Made by a program: the position numbers and the translations under genes. Positions 9,811 through 20,527 of a DNA stretch of 64,000 bases are shown here, piece after piece (the stretch's first letter is position 1; each line of letters begins with the position of its first letter). Source of the stretch: an uncultured Chitinophagales bacterium (GTDB taxonomy: Bacteria > Bacteroidota > Bacteroidia > Chitinophagales > UBA8649); the NCBI GenBank assembly GCA_963932515.1, contig CAWVRT010000006.1, forward strand, positions 9,305 through 73,304. The letters run 5' to 3'. Under the pieces are notes generated by a model. It was given only the letters and a program-made list of their open reading frames with translations. It was not told where the DNA came from and did not search any database.

Positions 9811-10422
9811 TTATTTAATATAGACTTTAAAATTTATACCCGTATAAATATTATTCTCAAAATCTAAAGAATTAGCTGCTTTCATGTGAACATCTGGACT
9901 TAATGAAATAGAAATATCATCATTTACATTAAAATTAAACAGATGTGCATCTACTGTGGCATCTATAATATTTAATACATACCAAACACCTAAAGCTATG
10001 GCTGATATATCTAAATTTCGTTTAGCCTCTTCCCTTTTAAATTTTAATTGATCTTCTGAAGAATATCCATTATAATTTGCCGTAGAATCTGTTCCTTCTA
10101 CATGATGTCTATAGGCGTTAGTATAACTTTTTAGCTCTATAGTATTATAAACTAACCAAGTACCAAACCCACCTAAACCAGCATAAACTATAGGCGTTTT
10201 CCAATATTTTTTATTATAAACTTGACCAGCACCTGGAAGCACGGCAGACAAAAAAGCTGCTTTAGCTGGATCATGACCTTTTTTGAAAAAACGTTTCTTC
10301 GTCTTTGTTACAATTGTATCAGAAATAGTCACTGCTGTATCAGAAAACACAGTGGTCTCTACTTGCGAGGAAATAGTATTAGTGCCAATTAAAAAGCAAA
10401 TTATAAAAAGAATTTTTTTCAT
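9811..10422 (-). CDS. DUF5683-like membrane/periplasmic protein
   Basis: Signal peptide and the motif SAVLPGAGQVYNKKYWKTPIVYAGLGG. The position between parB and dapB is typical for Flavobacteriia. Confidence 0.55.
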   Translation of the reverse strand: MKKILFIICFLIGTNTISSQVETTVFSDTAVTISDTIVTKTKKRFFKKGHDPAKAAFLSAVLPGAGQVYNKKYWKTPIVYAGLGGFGTWLVYNTIELKSYTNAYRHHVEGTDSTANYNGYSSEDQLKFKREEAKRNLDISAIALGVWYVLNIIDATVDAHLFNFNVNDDISISLSPDVHMKAANSLDFENNIYTGINFKVYIK

Positions 10423-10451
10423 CTGACAATAAAACTAAGTAGATTATAACA

Positions 10452-11363
10452 CTATTCAGACAACAACGCTGTTAATCTTTCTAAATCTTGATCTGAACGA
10501 AAATAGATTACTATTTCTCCCGTTCCCTTTTTCCCTTTCTTCAATTTCACTTTCGTACTCAAGTTTGAAGCTAAATGCGCTTGAATATTTCTCATTTCAG
10601 CACTTAAAGATTGTATCGGTTTTTTTACATTTTTAACTGTACTTGGCTTATACTCTTTAATTAACTCTTCTGTTTGCCTTACACTTAATTTTTGTGTGAC
10701 AATTTTATTAAAAATATCCAACTGTGCAAAATCATCTGAAATCCCAGCTAAACACCTAGCATGACCCATAGAAAGCTTACCTGTTTTTACTGCAGTTTGA
10801 ATTGTTGGAGGTAGTTTTAATAGTCTTAAAAAGTTTGAAATTACAGAACGACTTTTCCCTAATCTTTTAGATAATTCTTCATGAGTTAAACTACATTCAT
10901 CTAATAATCTTTGGTAAGTAATTCCAATTTCAATTGCATTTAAGTCTTCTCTTTGAATATTTTCTATTAATGCAATTTCTAAAGATTCTTGGTCGTTGGC
11001 AGTTCTTACATAAGCAGGAATACTATCTTTTCCAGCTATTTTAGAAGCTCTTAATCTTCTTTCCCCCGCTATCAACTGAAACTTGTCTTCCGGCAATGCT
11101 CTAACAGTAATCGGCTGAATAACGCCATGAATAGATATTGAGTTTGCTAAATCACTTAATGCTTCTTCATTAAATTCTACTCTTGGCTGAAATGGATTTA
11201 CTTCAATATTGTTTAACGAAATTTCAAAAACAGACCCTCTTAGATTTGAATTTTCTTTGTTTGGATTACTTTTATTTTTTTTCTTTGAAAGAGCAGCTTC
11301 TTCATCAATATTATTTAACAAAGCTCTTATTCCCTTTCCTAATTCTAATTTCGATTTACTCAT
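10452..11363 (-). CDS. parB: Chromosome partitioning protein ParB
   Basis: ParB box LIAGERRLRAS and an HTH region. Overlaps parA by 8 nt. Confidence 0.9.
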   Translation of the reverse strand: MSKSKLELGKGIRALLNNIDEEAALSKKKNKSNPNKENSNLRGSVFEISLNNIEVNPFQPRVEFNEEALSDLANSISIHGVIQPITVRALPEDKFQLIAGERRLRASKIAGKDSIPAYVRTANDQESLEIALIENIQREDLNAIEIGITYQRLLDECSLTHEELSKRLGKSRSVISNFLRLLKLPPTIQTAVKTGKLSMGHARCLAGISDDFAQLDIFNKIVTQKLSVRQTEELIKEYKPSTVKNVKKPIQSLSAEMRNIQAHLASNLSTKVKLKKGKKGTGEIVIYFRSDQDLERLTALLSE

Positions 11364-12171
11364 TGTCTTCCAAATTTATGATTTTATCATTTTGAGACAT
11401 ATCCGTCTCCTCATTATTTTGCAATATTTCTCTTACTAATTCCATATACTGCAAAGAACCTTTACATTGTGCATCATACATTATTACTGGATTTCCAGTA
11501 CTTGGCGCTTCACTAATTCTTGTATTCCTATGTATTACGGTTTCAAAAACTAATTCTTGAAAATGTCTTTGAACTTCTTCTTTTACTTGATTTGATAACC
11601 TTAAACGAACATCAAACATGGTTAATAAAATGCCTTCAATTTCTAATTCTTGATTTATTCTATTTTGAACAATTTTGATGGTATTTAATAATTTCCCTAA
11701 ACCTTCCAACGCGAAATATTCACACTGAACCGGTATCAACACTGAATCAGCCGCTGCTAAAGCATTTACGGTTATTAAGCCCAAAGAAGGAGAACAGTCA
11801 ATGATTATAAAATCATATTCATCTCTTATTTTATTCAAAACACCTTTTAAAACCTTTTCTCTATTTGGGTGGTTTATTAATTCTATTTCTGCACCTACTA
11901 AATCTAAATGTGCTGGCAACAAAAATAAGTTGGGCGTTTTTGTTTTTAGAATAATGTCTTTAGCTTGCACTTCTCCGACCATACATTCGTAAATACTAGT
12001 TGTAATACCATTCGGATCAAAACCTACGCCTGAAGTTGAATTTGCTTGAGGGTCGGCATCTACTAATAATGTTTTATATTCCAAAACCGCTAAACTAGCT
12101 GCTATATTTATAGCAGAAGATGTTTTTCCTACGCCCCCTTTTTGGTTTGCTAAACTGATTATTTTTGCCAT
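11356..12171 (-). CDS. parA: Chromosome partitioning ATPase ParA/Soj
   Basis: Deviant Walker A NQKGGVGKTS and Walker B IIIDCSPS. Confidence 0.9.
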   Translation of the reverse strand: MAKIISLANQKGGVGKTSSAINIAASLAVLEYKTLLVDADPQANSTSGVGFDPNGITTSIYECMVGEVQAKDIILKTKTPNLFLLPAHLDLVGAEIELINHPNREKVLKGVLNKIRDEYDFIIIDCSPSLGLITVNALAAADSVLIPVQCEYFALEGLGKLLNTIKIVQNRINQELEIEGILLTMFDVRLRLSNQVKEEVQRHFQELVFETVIHRNTRISEAPSTGNPVIMYDAQCKGSLQYMELVREILQNNEETDMSQNDKIINLEDNE

Positions 12172-12215
12172 TCTGTTTTTTATTTTATTTTAAACTCTTA
12201 TTTTACTCTTGTAAT

Positions 12216-12896
12216 TTATAAGCTGATTGTTTCACCAATTCTTGGTAAAATTAGTTCCTTTCCACTTCTCTCAAACTCTTCTTTTGCTTTTTCTTTATTT
12301 ATTTCAATGTAATCAAAGGTGTCATAATGAACACCTACAACTCTTTCGCACGATACAAAATCTGCTGCTATTACAGCATCTTTATATCCCATAGTGAAAT
12401 TATCGCCAATTGGGTAAACACAGAAATTGATAATACAACTCATTGGTATTAATTTCATATCCATTGTTAAAGCAGTATCTCCGGCAAAATAAAAATTCCC
12501 TTCTTCACTTTCTATAACAAAGCCTCCAGGATTTCCACCGTAAGAGCCATCAGGCATGGAACTCGTATGAACTGCATTTACATAACGTACTGTACCAAAA
12601 TCAAATTTCCATTGACCACCATGATTCATTGGATGTCCATTTTTAATTCCTTTAGCGGCAAACCAATTAATAATTTCATAATTCGAAACTAATTTTGCGC
12701 CTGTTTGTTTTGCGATAACTTCTACATCTAAAACATGATCTTCATGCCCATGAGAAATTAAGATATAATCTGCTTTTATCTTTTTGATATCAATATCTTT
12801 TGCTAATTCATTTCCAGTAATAAAAGGATCAAAAAGAAGTGTTTTTCCTTTTATTACAACTGAAAAGCACGCATGTCCGTAAAATGTTAATTCCAT
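12216..12896 (-). CDS. Metal-dependent hydrolase, metallo-beta-lactamase fold (UPF0173-like)
   Basis: 226 aa with the HGHEDH motif. Confidence 0.75.
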   Translation of the reverse strand: MELTFYGHACFSVVIKGKTLLFDPFITGNELAKDIDIKKIKADYILISHGHEDHVLDVEVIAKQTGAKLVSNYEIINWFAAKGIKNGHPMNHGGQWKFDFGTVRYVNAVHTSSMPDGSYGGNPGGFVIESEEGNFYFAGDTALTMDMKLIPMSCIINFCVYPIGDNFTMGYKDAVIAADFVSCERVVGVHYDTFDYIEINKEKAKEEFERSGKELILPRIGETISL

Positions 12897-13124
12897 AGCT
12901 TGTAAATAAAAAGCTAAGATATTTATTTATCGCTTTGGAAATGCAAATTTCTTGGAGAAGAAGTTAACTTGTTTTAAACATAATTGACAAGCAACGTGTT
13001 AATTATGCAACCTTTTTCTATATAAATAACTATTTTAAAAAAAACTCTAGATTTAAATTAATAAGGGGTTGTTTTAAGAGTAACTATTGGAATGGAAGAA
13101 ATACTTAAAAAAAGTGATCCACTT

Positions 13125-13160
13125 AAAATAAAAAAGCAGATAGTGGTAAACTAGCTGCTT
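13125..13160 (-). terminator. Rho-independent terminator downstream of the DUF1566 lipoprotein gene
   Basis: Stem AAGCAGaTAG / CTAgCTGCTT (one mismatch) with loop TGGTAAA. Followed on the minus strand by TTTTTTATTTT. Confidence 0.6.
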
Positions 13161-13188
13161 AGTAAAAATGTCTTTTAATTCCGTATAT

Positions 13189-14031
13189 TTAAAATGATCT
13201 TACTGGTACCGTACTACCCGTAACGGTCTTAAGTAATCCACCTCTATTACCATTATCATCTTGAGCATAAGCAGTAGTTTCATCATATTCCGATGAGCTC
13301 ATCATACCAGCCCAAACTACACCATTAGCTATGTTATATAGATAAATCAGCTCGACTTCATCCCAGCTTGGCCAATACCAATCATCATACCCATTTAGAA
13401 CAAATTCATCACAAAATCTTGCTACTGTAGGTCCAGAGCAAGCGGCAAGGATTAAATCTGTATTTGATTGACCAGTTCCTATATCTATAGAAGTATTATT
13501 AATAAGAGTTCCTGAGCAACCCCATTCTGACTCAGAAGTTCTTTCACCTGCTGATATAACTCCATGTTTTCCCGTTGAATCGACATAAACAACGGTACCC
13601 CCTTGAGTAACTTCTCCCACAAGATATGTTTCATAAGTAGTAGTAAAAGAAACTTCCTCTCCATAAAACACTTCGAATGCTTGATTTACACAATATGCTT
13701 TCAAATAATAAGTAACACCTTTTTCTAAATCACTTAGCACTGATTCATAACTCCCAACACCTGCAGCTCCATTAGCATGTTTAATATCCTCTACCGATGG
13801 ATTACTTGTTGTACTATAACAAACTCCTCTCTCATTAATTATATAATCATTAGTAATAGTAATTTCTCCTCCACTAGTAGCAGTGACGTCTCCAATCTCA
13901 GTAACCTCTGTAGTAGTGATAGTAACATCAACGACAATCGCATCAACAACAAGCTCTTTTTTGCAAGAATTCGCTACAAAAATTATTGCCAAGGCAATTA
14001 CTGCAACAGCAACTAAGTTAAATTTTTTCAT
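13189..14031 (-). CDS. Lipoprotein with an Ig/Fn3-like N-terminal module and a DUF1566 (Lcl C-terminal-like) domain
   Basis: Lipobox-like N-terminus (FVANSCKK). Module ...GVCYSTTSNPSVED...YYLKAYCVN...YGEEVSFTT, then GGTVVYVDSTGKHGVIS...WGC...GYDDWYWPSWDEVELIY...SSSEY...VRSF, which matches the DUF1566 pattern from memory. Confidence 0.55.
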   Translation of the reverse strand: MKKFNLVAVAVIALAIIFVANSCKKELVVDAIVVDVTITTTEVTEIGDVTATSGGEITITNDYIINERGVCYSTTSNPSVEDIKHANGAAGVGSYESVLSDLEKGVTYYLKAYCVNQAFEVFYGEEVSFTTTYETYLVGEVTQGGTVVYVDSTGKHGVISAGERTSESEWGCSGTLINNTSIDIGTGQSNTDLILAACSGPTVARFCDEFVLNGYDDWYWPSWDEVELIYLYNIANGVVWAGMMSSSEYDETTAYAQDDNGNRGGLLKTVTGSTVPVRSF

Positions 14032-14206
14032 TTAAAATTCATTTAGTAAGTAAATATAGTAAAAAATAAACAAAAGGCATTAGTGTGAGGGAAAGGTATA
14101 CTTACAAGTGCTTAAAACCCTGTTATAACAAGTATACCAAAAAAAACCTTTAACATTTCCCAATAAATTATGGAATTACTAGATTTTTTTTATTTTAAAT
14201 TTCATG

Positions 14207-14235
14207 AAAAAGCCGCTCCAAAAGGAAACGGCTTT
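14207..14235 (-). terminator. Rho-independent terminator ending the dcw cluster (after ftsZ)
   Basis: Stem AAGCCG / CGGCTT. Followed on the minus strand by TTTTTC. Lies 55 nt downstream of the ftsZ stop. Confidence 0.55.
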
Positions 14236-14289
14236 AACTAAATTATCGATTTCATAAGTCTTAAAAACTATCAAGATATTGTTAATACC

Positions 14290-15777
14290 TTAATCTACAT
14301 TATCATCTAAGAACTTGTTATGCTTTCTAATCTCTGGCCTTTGTTCACCATCAACATCGAAAGAATCTAATGTGTATTTTGAATTATTATTGTTTGAAGA
14401 TTCGTTTACATCATGTAAGTTAACACCTCTTCTTTTATACGCTGGAATATCTTCCATGTCTTTTTGTTTTGAATTCCATTTGTAACTCAAATCATGCATT
14501 CTTTGCTTGTGTTTTAGATAGGCTTCTTTTTGAACATCTTTCTCTTCAACTTTTTCTTCTTGCATTACTTCTTCTACAGGTGTAGTGTAAAAACTTAAGC
14601 CCGGAGTTTGTTCAGCTTGTTCTATTTTTTTTTCAGTTAAAAACATTTCTTCATCATCATTTGATTCTTCTACTATTTTTGTAGTTACTTCAAATCCAAA
14701 ATTAAACTCTTCTTGTTCAGCTTGTTCTACTTCAATGATTTCTAGTTCTGACTCATCTTTTTTTTCAACAAAAGATTCTAAAGGAACAATTTCCTTTTCT
14801 TCAGAATTATTAGCTATTATTCTTTTCTCAAAACCTGTAGCTATCAGTGTAATACTAATTTTATCTCCTAAAGTTTCATCATTACAAGTACCGAAAATAA
14901 TATCAGTTTCATTACCAGCTGCATCTTGTACAAAACTACTAATAGCTCTGATTTCCTTAATAGTTGCTTGATTTTCTCCAGAAGAGATGTTTATCAAAAT
15001 ATTTTGAGCCCCTGTAATATTATTATCATCTAATAAAGGAGAATCTAATGCAGTTTGTACTGCTCTTAAAGCTCTTTCTTCACCTTCTGCAACACCTGTT
15101 CCCATAATAGCGATTCCACTATTTTTCATTACGAATTTTACATCTGCAAAATCCACATTGATTGTACCGGATACTGTTATAATTTCAGAAATACTTTTTG
15201 CACCATTCAATAAAACATCATTTGCTCTAGAGAATGCTTCATCATTTCCTAAATCACCGAAAACTTCACTGATTTTATCATTAGAAACTACAATTAAAGC
15301 ATCTACATTTTCTTTCAATTTTTGAATTCCTTCATCTGCTTGCAACAACTTTCTTCTTCCTTCAAAAGAAAAAGGAGTAGTTACGATACCAACTGTCAAA
15401 ATATCTAAATCTCTAGCTATTTTAGCAATTATAGGTGCACCACCTGTACCTGTACCACCACCCATTCCGGCAGTAATAAAAACCATTTTGGTGTTTTGCT
15501 TAAGCAGTTCTTGAATATCTGTAGTAGATTCTACCGTAGCTTGTTCTCCAACTTCGGGTTCTGAACCAGCACCAAGACCTTGTGTACTTTCTGGACCTAA
15601 CTGAATTTTATTGGGCACAGTACTTATATCTAAAGCTTGCTGATCAGTATTGCAAATTATATAATTTACACCTCTAATCCCTTTTTCGAACATATGGCTA
15701 ACGGCATTGCTACCGCCTCCACCAACACCTATAATTTTAATAATAGACGATTGCTCGTTTGGTATATTGAATTCCAT
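14290..15777 (-). CDS. ftsZ: Cell division GTPase FtsZ
   Basis: IGVGGGGSNAV and the tubulin signature GGGTGTGGAP. Long acidic C-terminal linker and a C-terminal peptide. The track start (15846) overlaps the ftsA 3' end. The ATG at 15775-15777 (MEFNIPNEQSSIIKIIGVGGGG) fits the usual N-terminus better. Confidence 0.9.
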   Translation of the reverse strand: MEFNIPNEQSSIIKIIGVGGGGSNAVSHMFEKGIRGVNYIICNTDQQALDISTVPNKIQLGPESTQGLGAGSEPEVGEQATVESTTDIQELLKQNTKMVFITAGMGGGTGTGGAPIIAKIARDLDILTVGIVTTPFSFEGRRKLLQADEGIQKLKENVDALIVVSNDKISEVFGDLGNDEAFSRANDVLLNGAKSISEIITVSGTINVDFADVKFVMKNSGIAIMGTGVAEGEERALRAVQTALDSPLLDDNNITGAQNILINISSGENQATIKEIRAISSFVQDAAGNETDIIFGTCNDETLGDKISITLIATGFEKRIIANNSEEKEIVPLESFVEKKDESELEIIEVEQAEQEEFNFGFEVTTKIVEESNDDEEMFLTEKKIEQAEQTPGLSFYTTPVEEVMQEEKVEEKDVQKEAYLKHKQRMHDLSYKWNSKQKDMEDIPAYKRRGVNLHDVNESSNNNNSKYTLDSFDVDGEQRPEIRKHNKFLDDNVD

Positions 15778-15820
15778 AGTCAATTGTTTTAATTTGTTTT
15801 TATAATTTGTTTTTTCTTTA

Positions 15821-17143
15821 TTATTCATAGTCAACATCATCTTCATCCATTAACCAATCGGGTAAGCTTGTTGCAATTTTTTTCCACCAATTTTTAACAG
15901 GTCTATTTTCAATGTTTTTCAGCAAGTTTGCTTCGCCATCTTCTGCGACAAGTACTTTTTGTACTACTGCTACCAATTCTTCTTCCTCTTCATATTCTGC
16001 TCTACCAAGCAAGCCTAAAGAAGTAGCATAAATTGGGTTTTTTAATTCAGCGTCATAACCTACAGCCAGATTTTCTAAAGGTTGACCAATTCTAGCATCT
16101 AAACCAGTTACATATTCGACTAATTGCTTAATATTTACCAATTGCGAACCGCCACCTGTCAATACAATTCCGGCGCCCATTTTACTAGCACAACCTGAAG
16201 CTTTTATTTCATACAATACTAATTCAAAAATTTCTTCCATTCTTGATTGTACTATATTTGCTAAATTATGCAATGAAATCTCTTTGGCTCTTCTCCCTTT
16301 AATACCTGGTATAGAAACAATTTTATTCTCGCTAACATTTAACGACAAGGCTTCCCCAAATCTCACTTTTAATTTTTCAGCTTGCGATTTCATTATATTA
16401 CAACCGTTTTCGATATCGTTTGTAATAATATTTCCACCAAAAGGAATCACTGCTGTATGACGAATTACGTCTTTGTAAAAAATAGCTATATCTGTGGTAC
16501 CACCACCTATATCAACCAATACAACACCTGCTTCTCTTTCTTGAGGATCTAAAGCTGAAGCGGCAGAAGCTAATGGCTCTAAAATTAAACCCACCATATT
16601 TAAACCTGCTCTTTTTACACTTCTTTCGATATTGTGCGCAGCAGAAGTTCTTCCTGTAATTATATGAAAATCAGCTTCCATACGACTTCCACACATCCCT
16701 ACTGGATCATTCCCAGCAGGCAAATTGTCTATATAATATTCTTGCGGTATTACATGAATAATTTGCATTCCTGGCTCCATCGCCAATTTATGCATATCTC
16801 TAATAATATGCTTTACATCATTAGCTGTAATTTCTTCGGTACTATTTTCTCTAGTTAAAATACCTCTATGCTGCATACTTTTGATATGCGAACCTGCAAT
16901 ACCAACATAGACATCTGTAATAGGATAGGAAGAATTATTTTCAGCCTGTGTTACAGCTTCTTTAATTGCAGTAACTGTTTTATCTATATTGGCTACCTCT
17001 CCTCTTTTCACCCCTAATGATACTGATTTCCCAGTACCTAAAATTTCAAATTCACCCTCTTCATTTTTTCTAGAAATGATGACGCTAATTTTTGTTGTTC
17101 CAATGTCTAAACCTACTATGATTTTGTTATTTTCTATCATCAT
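15821..17143 (-). CDS. ftsA: Cell division protein FtsA
   Basis: Actin-fold motifs GLDIGTTK and DIGGGTTDIA. Position between ftsQ and ftsZ. Confidence 0.9.
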   Translation of the reverse strand: MMIENNKIIVGLDIGTTKISVIISRKNEEGEFEILGTGKSVSLGVKRGEVANIDKTVTAIKEAVTQAENNSSYPITDVYVGIAGSHIKSMQHRGILTRENSTEEITANDVKHIIRDMHKLAMEPGMQIIHVIPQEYYIDNLPAGNDPVGMCGSRMEADFHIITGRTSAAHNIERSVKRAGLNMVGLILEPLASAASALDPQEREAGVVLVDIGGGTTDIAIFYKDVIRHTAVIPFGGNIITNDIENGCNIMKSQAEKLKVRFGEALSLNVSENKIVSIPGIKGRRAKEISLHNLANIVQSRMEEIFELVLYEIKASGCASKMGAGIVLTGGGSQLVNIKQLVEYVTGLDARIGQPLENLAVGYDAELKNPIYATSLGLLGRAEYEEEEELVAVVQKVLVAEDGEANLLKNIENRPVKNWWKKIATSLPDWLMDEDDVDYE

Positions 17144-17147
17144 TTTT

Positions 17148-17933
17148 TTATTTAGAACAAATTAATTGCCCTTTGTATTTTAAATTTATTTGCTTGTATT
17201 TTTTCCAATCTGTTTTTGTAAGTGCTTTTTTGTAGAATACTTTTAGTTTTTCAAATTTTGAATCTAAATCTTCTGAGCTTCCCAACAAAACAGTATGTCC
17301 TTTTAACTTTGGAATTAATACGAAATCCCCATTTTTCTCAACTTTCACTTGCCCTATCATGGCATCCCAAAAAGAATCTGATTGAATAAAATCTATTATC
17401 TTTTTAAGCTCTTTATTTACTTTATCTGAAGAAATATCTTCCACATCAGGAATATGCCCCGTAGCCAAAATTCGCCTTGGCGTAAAAATAGTGGAAAGTG
17501 TTACTCTATATGAATTTTCGCTAATGTAATAACTAACATTATTGTTGTTAATTACTCTATATAGTGGCTTTTTCTGTACAATATCAATTTTTATAATTCC
17601 TTCAAAGTTATTATACACTTCTGCGTTGTCTATAAATTGATTTTCTTCTAACTTTTTTTCTACTTTTACTAGATCAATCTCTGAAATTTTTCGATTGTTT
17701 AAATTTCCTTCTTCACTAGCGTTTGCCATTTTAACAATATCAGATTTTGTTACAAATTGAAGTGCTTTTTCATCTTTGATATCTACCAAAATCTTATTGC
17801 ATAATATTTCTTTTTGATTTAGACTTGTTTTCCCAATTAAGAATACAAAAAGCATCCCAAAAATCAATATCATGGCAGCTTGCAGAAATTTTGCAATTCC
17901 CGCTTTTTTATTTGATGTTTTTTCGTTTTCCAC
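17148..17933 (-). CDS. ftsQ: Cell division protein FtsQ (POTRA domain)
   Basis: 261 aa with a single N-terminal TM. Position between murC and ftsA. GTG start sharing one nucleotide with the murC TAG stop. Confidence 0.75.
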   Translation of the reverse strand: MENEKTSNKKAGIAKFLQAAMILIFGMLFVFLIGKTSLNQKEILCNKILVDIKDEKALQFVTKSDIVKMANASEEGNLNNRKISEIDLVKVEKKLEENQFIDNAEVYNNFEGIIKIDIVQKKPLYRVINNNNVSYYISENSYRVTLSTIFTPRRILATGHIPDVEDISSDKVNKELKKIIDFIQSDSFWDAMIGQVKVEKNGDFVLIPKLKGHTVLLGSSEDLDSKFEKLKVFYKKALTKTDWKKYKQINLKYKGQLICSK

Positions 17934-19282
17934 TATTTATTTATTTCATTTACAACTAAAGGAGTGAAACGATCTATATCGCCAGCACCTATCGTTAGTA
18001 TTACTTTGGGTTCATTATTTTCAATTATAGCTTTCACTTCACTAATTAAATCTACTTTCTCTACTATTTTACCTTCAACACTTAATTCTTTTAAAATCAA
18101 ATCAGAAGTAACTCCTTTCATTGGGTTTTCTCTTGCAGGGTAAATTGGCATCAATAACACTTCATCTGCAATACTCAAATGTTTGGCAAAATCTTCTGCC
18201 AAATCTTTTGTTCTAGAAAATAAATGTGGTTGAAAAATTGCCACTATCTTCCTATTAGGGAAAAGTTCTTTTACAGATTCTAATAATGCTTTTATCTCAT
18301 TTGGATGGTGTGCATAATCATCAATATAAATTGTATTTTCTGTTTCTGCTCGTTTTTCAAATCTTCTATAAATTCCTTTAAAACTAGCTAATGCTTTTTT
18401 AATTTCTTCACTCGGAACATTCATTGTTTTTACTGCAATAATTGCTGCTACCGCATTTTCAACATTGTGCTTTCCTGCTAAATTCAGTTCAAAATCTTTG
18501 ATAACTTCCTCACCAAAATTTACATCAAAAAAGTATTTTCCACTTTCTATTCTATAATTCGATACAAATATTTCTCCGTTTTCTATTCCGTAAGAAACCT
18601 GTGTTGTGTTTTCATTTAAATCTAAATCTGCTATTTCTTCCTGAGCAATCAACAAACCGTCTTCTGCATTTAATTGCGCAAATTCTTTAAACTCTTTAAC
18701 TATATTTTCATAGTTGCCATAAATATCTAAATGATCAGTATCTATAGAAGTAATTACGGTAATATTTGGCTTCAATGTCATGAAACTTCTATCGTATTCA
18801 TCTGCTTCTACTACGACTGTTTTATTATTTGAATTGATATAATTTGACCCGAAATTTATTGCAATACCACCCAAAAAAGCTGTACAACCAATAGTTTCAT
18901 TTAACATATGTGCTATCATAGAAGAAATAGTTGTTTTTCCATGAGAACCTGCAACAGCAATACAATAAGTATCTTGTGTTAAGGTTCCTAATACTTGCGA
19001 ACGTTTTTGCAAATTGAAATTATTCCCTTGGTACCAATTCAATATTTTTTGGTCATTAGGAATCGCTGGTGTGTAAACTACTAAATCTGCATTTTTATCT
19101 AACTGCTCAATATTATCCTCAAAATGAATTTCAATACCTTCTTCCTGCAATTTGGCAGTTAAAGGACTTGCCGTTTTATCATAACCTTTTACCGTTTTAC
19201 CATTAGCATTAAAATACCTAGCCAAAGCAGACATACCTATTCCTCCTATCCCTATGAAGTATATGTTTTTTGTTTGTTTCAT
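17933..19282 (-). CDS. murC: UDP-N-acetylmuramate--L-alanine ligase
   Basis: FIGIGGIGMS and AGSHGKTT motifs. Confidence 0.9.
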   Translation of the reverse strand: MKQTKNIYFIGIGGIGMSALARYFNANGKTVKGYDKTASPLTAKLQEEGIEIHFEDNIEQLDKNADLVVYTPAIPNDQKILNWYQGNNFNLQKRSQVLGTLTQDTYCIAVAGSHGKTTISSMIAHMLNETIGCTAFLGGIAINFGSNYINSNNKTVVVEADEYDRSFMTLKPNITVITSIDTDHLDIYGNYENIVKEFKEFAQLNAEDGLLIAQEEIADLDLNENTTQVSYGIENGEIFVSNYRIESGKYFFDVNFGEEVIKDFELNLAGKHNVENAVAAIIAVKTMNVPSEEIKKALASFKGIYRRFEKRAETENTIYIDDYAHHPNEIKALLESVKELFPNRKIVAIFQPHLFSRTKDLAEDFAKHLSIADEVLLMPIYPARENPMKGVTSDLILKELSVEGKIVEKVDLISEVKAIIENNEPKVILTIGAGDIDRFTPLVVNEINK

Positions 19283-19300
19283 TGTTTACTCGTTACTCGG

Positions 19301-20404
19301 TTATTTAGTTATTTCACTTAAAACACTTTTAGCAATTTCATCTGCTGCATTTGGTTTTGCTAATTTCTTTATATTTTCTCCTAATGTTTTTTTCTTTTCT
19401 TCATTACTTAATAATCCAATAACCACACTAGCTAAGTGCTCAATGGCGTCTTTATCTTTTACTAAAATAGAAGCATTTTTATCTACTAAAGCCATTACGT
19501 TTTTTGTTTGATGGTCTTCGGCAACATTTGGACTAGGAACCAAAATTGCTGGCTTTCCCAATAACGCTAATTCAGAGATTGTTCCTGCTCCTGCTCTTGT
19601 TATTAATACATCTGCAATAGCATAAGCATAATCCATTCTATTTACAAAAGCCAAAACTTTTACATACTTACTATTGTATTTTAAATACTCCTCTTTATAA
19701 ACTTTTCCGCATTGCCAAAGCAATTGAATATCTTGAGACAAGTAATCTTGCAAACTCGCCAACATGGCTTTATTTAATGTTCTTGCACCTAAACTTCCAC
19801 CAGTTAAAAAGATTGTTTTTTTATTTGGATCTAAATCAAAATATTTGAAAGCAACCTCTCTATCTACGTTCTCTATAGAAATAGAAGCTCTTAGTGGATT
19901 TCCTGTTAATACTAATTTATCTTTTGGGAAAAATCTATCTAATGTTTCAAACGCTACATATATTTTTTTTGCGCCTTTTCCTAGTATTTTATTCGTAATC
20001 CCAGGATAAGCATTTTGCTCTTGTAAAAAAGTTGGTATGTCTTTCCATTCTGCAATTTTTAAAGCAGCACCACTTGCATAACCAGCTGTTCCAATAGCAA
20101 CGTCTGGTTTAAATTTACTAACAACAAACCAAGCTTTTATTAAACTGAAAATTAGCTTGAAAGGAAATTTTAAAGTTCTTAAACTTAAATCTCTATACAA
20201 ACCATCAATCGGTAAACCAATAATTTCGTAACCTGCTTTTGGCACGGCTGTCATTTCAATCTTACCATTTGCGCCAACAAATAAAAACTCCGTATCAGGT
20301 GCTAATTTTTCAATTGCATCTGCAATAGCAATGGCTGGAAAAACATGTCCTCCCGAACCACCTCCACTCATTAAAATTCTTAGCTTTTGACTTTTTGTTT
20401 TCAT
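19301..20404 (-). CDS. murG: Undecaprenyldiphospho-muramoylpentapeptide beta-N-acetylglucosaminyltransferase
   Basis: GGGSGGHVFPA N-terminal motif and dcw context. Confidence 0.9.
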   Translation of the reverse strand: MKTKSQKLRILMSGGGSGGHVFPAIAIADAIEKLAPDTEFLFVGANGKIEMTAVPKAGYEIIGLPIDGLYRDLSLRTLKFPFKLIFSLIKAWFVVSKFKPDVAIGTAGYASGAALKIAEWKDIPTFLQEQNAYPGITNKILGKGAKKIYVAFETLDRFFPKDKLVLTGNPLRASISIENVDREVAFKYFDLDPNKKTIFLTGGSLGARTLNKAMLASLQDYLSQDIQLLWQCGKVYKEEYLKYNSKYVKVLAFVNRMDYAYAIADVLITRAGAGTISELALLGKPAILVPSPNVAEDHQTKNVMALVDKNASILVKDKDAIEHLASVVIGLLSNEEKKKTLGENIKKLAKPNAADEIAKSVLSEITK

Positions 20405-20527
20405 TTTTTTTAAATTTGTTTCTTTTTTTAATTGACTATTGCATTTACACCCTCATCAACATCCTCAAGATGGGGATATTACTCTGCTAATTACTTACGC
20501 CAAATTATTTTAACTGACAAAAAAAAG

